Of a DNA stretch of 64,000 nt, positions 1 to 15,610 are shown piece by piece. The translations under genes were made by a program, and so were the position numbers. The DNA is from Tubiluchus corallicola (lineage: Eukaryota > Animalia > Priapulida), in assembly GCA_030141605.1 (NCBI GenBank), contig JAQGDQ010000520.1, forward strand, positions 1-64,000, in the 5' to 3' direction. The notes under the pieces were generated by a model. That model had not been told where the DNA came from, made no database searches, and saw only the letters and a program-made list of their open reading frames with translations. The number at the start of each line of letters is the position of its first letter. The first letter of the stretch is position 1.

Positions 1-131
1 GCACTTTAGGTTCATTTTACTGTAATCATTTATACTTAGAAAAATATAACAAAGAAATTTGCAAAAAAATATCTATAAAGCATAAAGATAATTTATGCTA
101 CTGCTGTACAGAACTTTCACATAATTACTTA

Positions 132-783
132 CCGTATATACTTATGTACAAGTCGAATTTTTGGGTGGCGATTTATGGTGAAATTTTTCGGGTCGACTTA
201 TACTTATGATATGTTTTTTTGGAGATGTCACTAGGGAGTCGTCTAGAATACGAATATGTAAAGAAATAATCCTTCATTATACGCTGGACTGAATGAACAC
301 TCATACTGTGGTACTTCACATCAGAGAATGTTTGCATCTTGACATTACTTCACAAAATTAACAAATATTACTGTAATTTATTTTAATGCATGTGAAATTA
401 AGTTAAAATTTATATATTACCGGTAAATAAACTAGCAACGGAGCACTAGATCGGAACCTGGAAACCACCAATGTTGTGCAGGTGCTGCCGCCTGTCGGCT
501 TTTGTATACTGTTTTACACTGGCCTTGTATATGCGTGTTTTATTGGCAAAATATCGATTACCAGCACACGCGCGTACATAAAACACAACTACACAGAGGT
601 ATTAATTTTAGTAAATTATTTTTTTCTTTAAACGGGAAGATGATGAACCACATCATTCACTCTGGAAGATCTTAATATTTTAGGGTTGACTTGTACACAG
701 GTAATATATAAAATGATGCAATTTTTCTCTTTAAATGCACATCGACTTGTACATAAGGTCGACTTGTACATAAGTATATACGG
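132..783. mobile_element. Tc1/mariner-pogo-type MITE, probably in a TMEM9 intron
   Basis: Perfect 25-bp TIRs CCGTATATACTTATGTACAAGTCGA at 132-156 and 759-783, flanked by TA on both sides (130-131, 784-785). No coding capacity. Confidence 0.9.
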
Positions 784-1119
784 TATGTAATTTTTTATTA
801 TACTTTTCACGGAATGATATTAAAACTTATTATACTTTTCACGGAAATTGACGCCATGCTGTTTTTCTTCAGTCGATGAATGACGTCATTGGTGGAAGAA
901 TGGGCGTTGAAAATCGGTGTGCCAAAACTTGACCTTAAAGCGATTTTACTAATTACATGAGCCGCTTAACACACTTTTATTACAAATTTTTTTTTAACTT
1001 TTTTTTGCAAATATGAAAATAAGCCTAACTTCCCAGAAGGCTTGCCCTTTTCTTTAAATCTCAAGATTTTAACATATTTGTGTAAGATTCAACAGCTTAA
1101 TTCATGTCCTTTATTTCAG

Positions 1120-4100
1120 GCCAGCGAAGATGATAGTAGATGTAAATGTGTATGTCCAAGTCCTACTGTTGTTAATGGAACTGAAACTAACAAAACAGTC
1201 TACAAGTTAACTAAAATATCTGCAGATAAATGGTAAAGCAACTTAGTTATAGAATTCTTTTGTATAATTTTTATTTTTTATTTTATTTGAAGTTAAAGTT
1301 GTTTGTATAGTACCAACTTAATTAAATACTTGTGTTATATTACAATGACATCACTAATTGAACCCAAAAACACATATGGATTTGCTTTGTGATTATAATA
1401 CGAGTTAAAAAGTTTAGATTTCGTTAGAGTGCATTCACGTGAATCTCCAAATTTTTGGTAAAAGTTGCCGATTACTTACAAATCATTTTGTTTAGAACAG
1501 GCAGTTTTTTATAAATTTATTTAAAGATGTCCAGAATTTGCCCAAGTCATTAGCTTGAAAATAAGTTAGTACTCTTCTGAGACTTGCCATGGTCGTAATC
1601 ATAAAGAAGTCGTTTTCAATTTTTTTTTATTTTTTACAGGTGCTTTCCTTCTTCATGAACCTTCATCAGCTGTAAATTTGAAATAAAATACAGAGACATT
1701 AAAATAGGGGATAGAAAATTCATTAAAAAGCTGTGTTAGCAATTGTAATGTTTCTTCTAATTTTGTTTTTAACACAGTTTCTGAATGAATTTGGTATCCT
1801 TATTTTATTGTCATGGCATATTGTCATTTTATATGTAGTTTTACCTGTAATTTTTATTAGTGTATCTCTACTGTACAGCTGATGAAGTCTGCGAAGGACG
1901 AAAACTCCTGTGAAAATAAAAAAATTGAGATTTAAGTCATTTCATTTGTCCAAGTCATTTCAAATGTTTTTGTCTAGCTTTTAGCAGACGGTTTTTTATT
2001 TCTATTGAAGGCGGGTGTTAAAACTAATAGCAAAGTGTTTTGATAAGCTGAGCAGTCTAAAGAAGTTTTTGAATATTGTCAAAGTGATAAGGTGTTCTCT
2101 AATTTGTTTACTCACCAGAAATGGAGCAAATATTTTCAGCAGTCGAATAACATTGAGTGTCATTCAGAACTGCAAGTTTCACTGTTATTTGCTAAATTCC
2201 ATCTTACAATATAAACATCGAACAAGTTTATTCACTTGAGTGCAGAGGAACAACTTGAGTGTAGAGTCATTGAAAGAGCTTTTATTTGTTCTGCACAACT
2301 TTAGAAAACTTTCTTATAAAGAATTTCATACCTTCTTAAAAGAATAACCTATTATTGTTAAGGAAAATTGGATCTGCAGATAAGCAGACACTATGGGCAT
2401 ATGGCGAGAACAAATTTCTTCGTACTTAAAGCCTCCAAAATGACTTGGTCTCAGAGTACAGAAAATGTGTTGCTTATTGAGGCTGTGGCCCGGATTCTGC
2501 TGTGGAAACTCGGAAGCACTTCCTTGATCTCTAGCCTATAACTAGTATTCATCTTTTTTGTGCATGACAATATAATAAGCCCATTTCAAGCCTTGTAGCT
2601 ATAAATTGACTTCACAACGTTTGTTATTTTTTAGTAAATGTGAATACATGGTAGAGCTTGTACCAGAGCTGCATTCCGTAATTGAAAAAGTTAATGAATT
2701 TTGTCCCCGTTGCGAATGTAAATTTGAAAGCCGAAGTCCTACTACTATAAAGGTAAATTTGTGAAAGCAGATAGTGCATTTGTTTGGAAAACCCAAAAGT
2801 TTTATATATATCTAAATTATAACAGGCTTATCTTGACTTACTAAAATGTTAACTCAGATTTTTTCATTTTTACAACTTATTACCTTAAAATAAACTTATA
2901 TAAAGTTATATTCTTTACTAACTCACTTTTAATAAGTTAAATCTTGTGAATTTTTTCTTGTTTTAATAAATATTTGTAAAAGTAAGAAAGAAGTCTAATA
3001 CTCCTCGTTATATGTAAATTCACTTTAGTCTGTAGTACTTACTTACAATTTTCTGTTGATTTACCAGGTTGTTGTGATCATTATTATCTGCATCATGTCA
3101 TTCCTATTGATTTACATGTTATTCCTTTTGTGTCTGGATCCGTTGATGACAAAACGCGGAGTTGCATATCGGCCACAGACTAATGAGGAGGTGAATTTGG
3201 TAATTATTTATGTTAATTAAGCAAAATGTAATTGTAGTCAAATTCCTTTTGCACTTGGCAATTTGTAAGTTGCTCACCAAATTAAGATAATTTTTATCAG
3301 GCAAACTAGCTTTAATTTTGTAAATAAAACTGATTTCTTCAATGGTGTCACCTGTCCAATAACGTAATGCTGCTACTAAAATTGCATCTTACATTTTATG
3401 ATATTTGCTTGGTGTGCTTCTTCAGTTAAAAGTTTGTTCTCTGTTGTAGCTTGAGTATATCAAGATTAGAAGTCATTGAACACTAGTTTTCTTAAAATAA
3501 CACAGTAATATCTACTGCAATAGTATTATCATCTACGGCTGTTTTACTTCCTATGAGATTAAGTTGTTGAAGTGACAGAAATATTGATTAAGTTTTAGAT
3601 ACTATTAAATTGTATGCCACATTTGTTTTTCAATATGAATAGTAACTTTTTGAAAATATTTTTTGTGGTAAAGTGATCTCACCTCATATTTTCTTCAAAT
3701 TTAAATCATTTTTTTGTTAATGGAATTGCTTTGGATTGGACAAAGAAGTAAACTAACTTTCATTTTTTGTTGAATTATGATTTTATTACTTAAAACTAAT
3801 GTTGTTCGTTGTCCTAGGTTCCGCCCTAGGTTCATGTTGCACTCTTAGTCAAGTTTCATTCTGGTGTCTATATCTTCATATTAGTAAATTAATTTGTGAA
3901 ATTTAGTGTTTTGACAAAATAACAACTTGATGTGATAGCAAATTTAAGACCATTCGCTTTTACATTTACCTGCAGTTCAATTGACTAATGTAGAGTTTTT
4001 TGCCAAACGATTTAGCGAATGCTCTTGCAGTGTTTCATTGATACATGTATACTGTTTTAACAGGAGGAGCCAGAGCGTGTCATGCGTCGAGTGCGAGCCG

Positions 4101-4201
4101 ACACCGTGCTTAACCGGGTAGAGAACCAGAAAGAACGCTGGAAATCTCAGGTTCAAGAGCAGCGGAGAAATGTTTATGACCGACATGCAATGCTAAACTA
4201 G
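1120..4201 (+). CDS. TMEM9: TMEM9/TMEM9B-family transmembrane protein, 5'-partial (signal-peptide exon presumably upstream of the window)
   Basis: Exons 1120-1232, 2635-2752, 3068-3190, 4064-4201, all AG/GT-bounded with consistent phases. Translation: ASEDDSRCKCVCPS...CKCEYMV...FCPRCECKFESRSPTTIK-VVVIIIICIMSFLLIYMLFLLCLDPL (TM)...VLNRVENQKERWKSQVQEQRRNVYDRHAMLN*. RCKCxCP, CECKxE and WKxQVQEQR motifs are TMEM9 hallmarks. Confidence 0.93.
1612..1930. repeat. Long imperfect inverted repeat with a degenerate hammerhead-like motif on each strand (probable Penelope-like element remnant)
   Basis: Outer arms (CTTCATCAGCTGTA vs TACAGCTGATGAAG) and inner arms (about 1700-1742 vs 1767-1807) are reverse complements. 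CTGATGA...GAAA cores at 1875-1911 (+) and 1633-1676 (-). Confidence 0.7.
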
Positions 4202-6625
4202 TGTACTTTTTGTAAATAAAATCAAATTTCATCAATAGTTTTTGAAAGTTTACACTTGTTTACAGCAATAACTGATGTAATGTAATCGGTATGTGTGTGC
4301 TTAGATGTCTTAACGTTTCACAAAAGAAGTGCTCATTCCACTTCGTAAATGTCAGTCGGTAAATTTAGATAAAGAAAACATGCCATTCAGATACTCATTG
4401 CTTGTTGTACTTGTGTATTACATATTTTCATCTAAAATTTCTGCATTTTGAGTACACTCTTTGGTTCATATCAAACTGCGCATCTTACCATTTGAAAGTT
4501 TTACTCACAATTAGAAATATACCATTAGGGCAAATTCCATGCCTTTTTAAGTATGTACATGTATCAGACTAGGCTTCTGTACTAATTCAATACCAATGCA
4601 TTACTACAGTATGTTGCAATCTGACACTAAAACAAAAGTATCGACCTATGCTTAAAATCCTAGTACATGTCTGTATACTGAAAGTTAGATGATCCTTTCT
4701 TTATATTTTTATAAATGTATCCTCAATGTAGCAAAGTTTTCCTTCTGCCAAATTGCAGTCCATCTGACATTTTCTTTATAATGAAATTGCTGTAGTTGTT
4801 CTTAGGTATTTGTCAACGAGTAAAAACTGAATTCAGTATTCTTGTCAGATACTACACATTTTTCCCGCTTACAAATGAGTTTACTACCTAAGATAAAGAA
4901 TTTTCTATCATCATGTAGCAAGAAACACAACTGTGTATTATTTGAAGCTTATTCACACCAAACAAATCGTTTACATTAACATTAAATTTTGTTCACATTA
5001 TGCCTATACATGTCACACCTTTTGCATCTTTAGTTGTTGTTTGTTAGTTTAAAAATGGTCGTCTTTGAACAGGAATCTGCCTAATTTAGACTGGTCATTC
5101 TTGATTGTCTTCCTTGGTATTTAAGCATTTACTTTGTCTAGAAATAGCAAAAAATTGTGTGGAATTCAACCACTTCTTTGTTGTGCTGTATATTAATTTG
5201 TAAAATTGTTAAAAATTTAACATTTCAACTGTTCAAGGTATGCTTTGATTATATAACTGTGATGACCATTTGAGTGTCAGGTACAACTGAGTGGAGCCAC
5301 ACCCTGTTTCTGAGAAATTAACCGAATGTTATTTGGCTATGTAAATCCCACTTTTATATTTCAAGTTTCCACCTTTCAACTTCTTCATGCTTTAATATTA
5401 AGTATCTTTTAATAATAGTTTATTGAAAGAAGTCCTACTTTCTTTCTCGATGACGTTCATCTAGCATTTTCAGAGATTTCGTAGAAATGTAGATATCATG
5501 CTGGTGGTGCCATCTACAAACGTTTTAGTGAACTAAATGAATCATTGTAATTTCAGTTATTTGTGTAGCTTAGAAACTAGAAACTAGATAGATCAACCCA
5601 CCCAGAAATTTTACATACTGTGTTTTCATCATGTGTAAAACATTTGTAAACCAAAATTGTAATTATTGTTGCATTCTACATGTATAATTATGACGATAAT
5701 ATAGAGAAGCACAAAATGTTATCATAATTATTAGTAACGTTTATAATAATAATTTGATAAATTTTGTCAACTACTTATAAGCGTGTTGTATTTATGTTAG
5801 AATGAAACTGTACATAATAAATAGCTGGAAAATATTCCCAATTTTTTGTACTGTAAAGTAATAACAGATAAATGTATTTATTACCGCTAATAAAAATGTG
5901 CGTAATTGTTAAAACTGTATTGTTCTAGTGAGGTATTCTTGAAACTTTATTTCTTTTAATCGTTAACACTCCACCAAGAATCATTGGACATTTGTTAACT
6001 TTTTTAAGAAAAGTTGTCTGTGTATTTGTTATTTTACAATAAGCGAATGTCAACTACATTGGTTAGTAGATTAGCTAGATTTCGTCATAATATGCTAGTG
6101 CTACATGTTTGAGGAACTTGCTGAATACTGCTGGTTGTTTACTCTACTAGTATGCATTTGTCTGATAACTTTTGTCATTATATAACGTTTTCTTAGAGAA
6201 AGACAGATATTTGTTAAATATTAGAAATTTAACTACAGAACTTTAAAAATGATTTTAAGGATTGTCAAAGCTCAGGCAAGTTTGTTGCTATGCTTGGGTT
6301 TCGATTTTGAGAACATTGTGTATAAAACACGTTTGCATAAGGGGTAGAGCTTTCCAACTTCTTCATTAGGCAAAGTCTGTTTTTCAGGTATTTTGAATCT
6401 ATTCAGTTGTGGTTAGCTAATACCAGTTAATTATTTGTTAATATTAGTTATTATACTACGTCCTGGCTAAAGTACATTATTGGCCCTTATGGAAACCAAT
6501 GATGCTTATTGGGTCACCAATTTATAAAAAGTCTACAATGCTGTTTTCCCAGAAATATGGGTTTACTATGTCATGTAATTGTGTGACAGTAAGTTATTAC
6601 AGGTGGACTGTCATTTGGCGGTAGG

Positions 6626-7075
6626 GTTTTTAGTCGCGTCTATGACTGTATGTATCTGTGCTCGTCTATCCACACAATGAAATCTAAACAGACGAAGCTG
6701 TAGTCATCTAACTTCGCACCGATTGGTCTAGGCGAGACGTGGAAACTCACGGTTCAAAAAGTCAACCCTCTGGTCACAAGATCAAAAACGTTAAAATAAT
6801 TTTTCCCGGCAATGACTGTGCCGAGAGGTCGATCTGCATCTTTACCGCTGAGTGTCTTGATTGTAAAAATCGTATTTTGAAATTTTGTCAGTAATGGAAC
6901 GATTTGCATGAAACTGTCTTACAGTTCGGTGTTTTGAAATGCAATGTAGATTGATAATGCTCTGGCGGGATTTCAAGCTAAAGTTCGGAAAAAGCTTCAT
7001 ATCGCGGAGAGTCCAGACTGCAAGGCACCTGACGATCCTACCCACAGACCTGCTGAAGATTGTCTGTATGTTTCT
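6626..7075. mobile_element. Probable non-autonomous interspersed repeat (Helentron/HINE-like)
   Basis: GC-richer island starting TTTTAGTCGCG followed by CTGTATGTATCTGT microsatellite-like sequence. Family assignment is by resemblance only. Confidence 0.35.
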
Positions 7076-7083
7076 GTACTAGC

Positions 7084-7316
7084 CAGGGCCTATTTCAGCC
7101 TAAGCGAGGCCCGGGGAAGTGGGGTGTGTGAGGCTTCCTCGGGGAAAATTTTTGAACTGTTAGAACGCCTCAGAAGCATTTTCGAAGAGAAAATATGGAG
7201 TTGTACAGTATGTTCGCATAAAGCAAAAAAATAATGTTACCTCGGCGCGAGGCCCCCCTGGAGGGTGAGGCCCCGGGGAAGTATCCCCACTCCCCCCCCC
7301 CTTGAACTAGGCCCTG
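7084..7316. mobile_element. hAT-type MITE (233 bp)
   Basis: TIRs CAGGGCCTA(T/G)TTCA; perfect 8-bp TSD GTACTAGC at 7076-7083 and 7317-7324. Confidence 0.92.
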
Positions 7317-8410
7317 GTACTAGCTATGCATGTACATTAAATGACATAATAACGATAAAAAAATCACTGCAGATGTTTTCTTAGAGCTAATAGTAATAAT
7401 GTACATAATAGTTTTATTTGGCATCAAGATATCACTTGAGTGAGTTTAAATAACAAGGCAAATGAATAAACCACTACATCTCAGTTCACTATTACAGTAT
7501 TACACTTATTTTATAGTGATAAATTTTTATATCCTAGGTTTATTATTGTTGCAGGAAATGAAAAATAAAATACCAGTAAGGCACATAAATGTAACGGAGT
7601 CAATTATCCTGAACATGTCTACAGATCATTACTAAAAATGAAAGTAATATAATAAAGTTATTGCAAGTTGTGTTATACAGTTTTTCTGCTAAATTTTCCA
7701 CAGAAACTAGGAAAATTTATCCTAAAGGATAACGTGGAAATAAGCCTAAATTATATTATAAAGAACATTTCATTTTAAACCAGTTTCTGTCTTAATGCAA
7801 ACGTAAGTCAAAACCTAGCTTTCCATAGACTTAGAATTTCGCCTTTAAATCCGAAAGGTGGTAATGAAAGGTTGTAAAGAATAAAGTTTTGCAAATTATT
7901 TGAGAGCAGAGCCTAAAGCCTGCAGGATACACCTCCACAGAAAGAATATTGTTATACTGTGATGGAGGACGTCTGCTCCTAGACAAACATTTGTTTCAGC
8001 ACTGCCTGGATTTAATTTATTGCTGATCATTATTATTTACGTGTCCGAATTAAATTTTTTTTGAAGCCCTGAATATAAAAATGGGCGGCAGATACCTAAC
8101 AAGTCATGACGAAGTATTTCGTTTACATGGGTCTACTGCGCTAGTGTATCTTCAGTTCTTCAACTTACAAATATTCGAAACATAAATAAACTCTTCTCAC
8201 AACAGTTAGCACTTAGCTTAAAAACAAACAAATTTTTCGAAATACAAAACTGGTAATTTGAGTGCAAATATGTCTATGCGTTATATCTAGTGATTTAAAC
8301 ACGATGCATCAAGTTGGCTGAAGCCATGGAGCTGATCCTTCATGTCACGTTTATGTTTTAAATTTTGGCATGTATTTTTTGTTTTGGACAGCAAAGTGCT
8401 TAAATTACCA

Positions 8411-12265
<3,855 letters not shown>

Positions 12266-14428
12266 TTACGTCTCTTTACTTCAAAATCTTATACACCAAC
12301 TCGGTCTATCACTTTCAGCGTCCAAATGGATAACCTTGTTAAAATCGCGTTGTCTGGTCACCCAGTAACTACCCGCAATTGGCTGCTTGCGTTTGTAGAT
12401 ATGTTTTTGTAAGCGCACACCAACAGCCGTTGCTCTTGTAAGAGAAAACTTGAATCTACTTCGAGGTGGTGGTGACGCTGACTGGAGCGATCTAAGCAGC
12501 AGCCACACGACAATGTTTAAACAGATCAACTTATAATAGACAACAGTTTAACTGATTAACAAACGATCTGTTTGCATTGCTCAGTGAATTACAATGAAGG
12601 ACAGTTAACCAGAGTATGACAACGACCCACGTTAGGACTTCCAATGTAAACCGGGCGTCCTGGAGGCAGGCTCTCCTACTCACGGGAGTCTGCAATAATA
12701 AACATGCCAGCAGCCATTGAGCATGCGCTGTTCATTAGTTCTGCGCTGGTTTATTTCAACAGCTGAGTCGGCCATGGATTAATTTTCAACAGATGGATTG
12801 TATGTTATGGTTTTGAAAGCTGAAACGCATATAGGGTGTCTTCTGGCTGTAAAAATAGCTCGCCAAGATGTTTTCTTCTCAACCTGAGAAAGATTGCTTA
12901 GGCTTCAGCATCCCACGTAACTACTTGGGATGCTTAGCAACTAGCACCAAGGATCAGGGAAACTGGAAGTTGGTGCAGAAGCGCGATGATTCAAGAAAAA
13001 CAGCAGTTTTTTCTTCTGGTTGAGAAATAGTGGGCTGCAGGCGTCAGTTCGATTAACAACCGTTAACAACAACAAGACATAAATAAAATGCTAATATAAA
13101 ATTATAGCTAGGCCTTGATGGAAGCCATGCCTTCCAATGGAACGATAGATGATCCTAAAAGGATAGCCTTAAATTAATTAACCACCCGGGTTAGTTAAGA
13201 ATAAAAGTTTAGTTTTTAGATACAGTGGAATGAATGTATCATCAATAGTGCCTTGATTCTTTGTACGTTAACAGATGAGATGCAACCATGCAAAAATCAA
13301 TTTTCCAAAGCGTTTTATTAGATTTTCTGTGATCGTTGTCATTCAGTACTCTAATTAAACATTGTAAAGGCAACTTATGATATTTACTAGTTCTATATTT
13401 TTTTGAAAGTGTGTAAAATTAAATTGGATTTGAACATAATTTCTTTGCTTTATCACTGATACCATATATATATATATATCAGTATATATTATTGATGTAC
13501 TATATATACTACCATATATAGTATATACATACACGTACACAAACCTTTGGGTTTTATTGCACACTGGATGTTTAGCATCAGCGCGTAGTGTTGCATCCGC
13601 ATCTTACATAAACCAGGCCAGCTTAACAGGAATAGATAAGACTGGTAGGAATTATCCCAAAATCTCAAGGCATTCACCATATGTGCTTGGAGATTTAGTC
13701 GTCATGTGCTGAAAGAGTTCGTAGAAAGAGAATGCAGGAAAAAGACATCACAAGTGATTAGTGTCATGTTACAGCTAAGCCTGGTGTAAACTAACAGACA
13801 ATTATTACATCTAGATGTTTCACTTGCGTGTGGCCCAGCTAATCATCTCTTGACGAGCGGCGGTAACAATAGTTACCGATACTCATGTTAAGTTCAACTT
13901 GGCCATGTTATATTTGGCATATTGGTTCTCATACTGGTTATCTTACAATAATGTTGTACAACGTTATAGTAATAATGTTCTAATAAAAGTTCTAATTATC
14001 TAATAAAGGGTATAAGGAAGCCTGAAATGTTGAAATGGCTAGTTGGTAATTTTTGTTAAATTGATATGGCACCTTGGCCTAAAGGCAGGCGTTGCATCAG
14101 TAACGTCGATACTAATCTTTAAAAATTTAGTGTCGAATATACCTTATAAACTACGTTTCGCTGTAAGATACATGGCTGCGTGTCTGGTGTAGTGAAGAAT
14201 TTCAGTCAAGGCAGCAACAACAATCACGAAACCATTGACCACCTGACTCCGCCTTCGATGCTAGTCTGGTTCAGTACCCTCGGTGGTCATAATGTCATAA
14301 AATATAGTATAATGCTCCTAAAATATCTAAACTGGTGGAAAACTCTTTTTAACATAGTCCAGCACCCTCAATGACCACAATCTTATATTCCTGAATTTGT
14401 GGACCACTTACTATGAACTTTGAACATT

Positions 14429-14698
14429 GACCAGACGGTTTAGTGTAGTGGTAACGCGTCAATTTTCCGTCTGGGAAGTCGTGAGTTCGATACAGCGGCC
14501 GGGTCATACCAAAGGCTTTAAAAATGTTGTCCTGTCTGGTATTTAGGGCAAAAGTTGGGTCATACTAATTTTTGTTATGTAGTTGAAGACTGTTAGTTAA
14601 AATCGTCCCAAAAGCTCTTTAGAGCTTATATTAATTGTTCATCTAAAAGCCGACTTTAAATAATAATAATAATTATTATTATTATTATTATTATTATT
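14429..14698 (+). mobile_element. tRNA-derived SINE
   Basis: Pol III A-box TAGTGTAGTGG (14441-14451) and B-box GAGTTCGATAC (14483-14493), then GGGTCATACCAAAGGCTTTAAAAATG, ending in a (TAA)/(TTA) simple-repeat tail. Confidence 0.8.
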
Positions 14699-15610
14699 GC
14701 ATGAATCTGTACATTACATCATCTGTACATGGATTAAAGATCAAAACTGCACAGTCTGGTGACAATACTCAAAACCGCGTGGTTTCCCGAAAATTCCTTA
14801 ATTCTTTCACACCACCGCCGTCCAGCCTGATTACTAACTTTCTTAATGAACAACTTAACTAGCATGTAGTGTTCGTTTTTTTGCTGTCTTAAAAGCGCAT
14901 TACTTACAGTCAGTTTATACTCATGTACTGATCCAACAGTAAACAAATAAAAGTTTTTTTATTAGTTTAATAAAAGTATTGATTTCCTATTAGTAAACAA
15001 ATGAAGTTATCAGCGCTGTATAATCGTACAGTGTCTTGCACTTAGGGCCTAGAAAAGACTGTGAGATTTGATCGCCATAAATAAATTACAACTATAAACA
15101 ATAATAACAAATATGATACCATCTTCAATGTAACATTTTTTCACTAAAGTATTTTTTCTCCTGAACTAAAAATAATGCAAAGAGACTACTACTCAGCAAA
15201 AAGACAAAAAGTACCTTTTTAGGCATTAAAATCAAGATGATTTGGATTAACAAACTGTGTTGAATAAGCTGAACTGTGTTACATGCTTTTAGGAAAACCT
15301 TGTGGGTAAATGAAGTTAGTGATTTGACAATAGAAATGCGTTGCATATTATTGATATTTCTAATAAAATCCTTAAATGTATTCTATAGATATTCTAAGCC
15401 CAAAAATGGAATTTAAAGTTCATCAATCATCCGTAATACAGGCTTTTATATGGTTACTCGTATTTATTTACCTTGTTTAAGCAAAAAAGTGATAACAAAA
15501 CTTGCATGAATCTACGCAAACTGAACTCAAATGAGAATTAATTTTACGTGCTTAAAAAAGAAGAAAGAGATTGAAGACAAGAAGAAGATAAAAGGAAAGG
15601 ATGTGCATAA

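Noticed and set aside
14429-14505. tRNA gene
   Set aside because: A and B boxes are present but no convincing cloverleaf, and it runs into a SINE body and simple-repeat tail.
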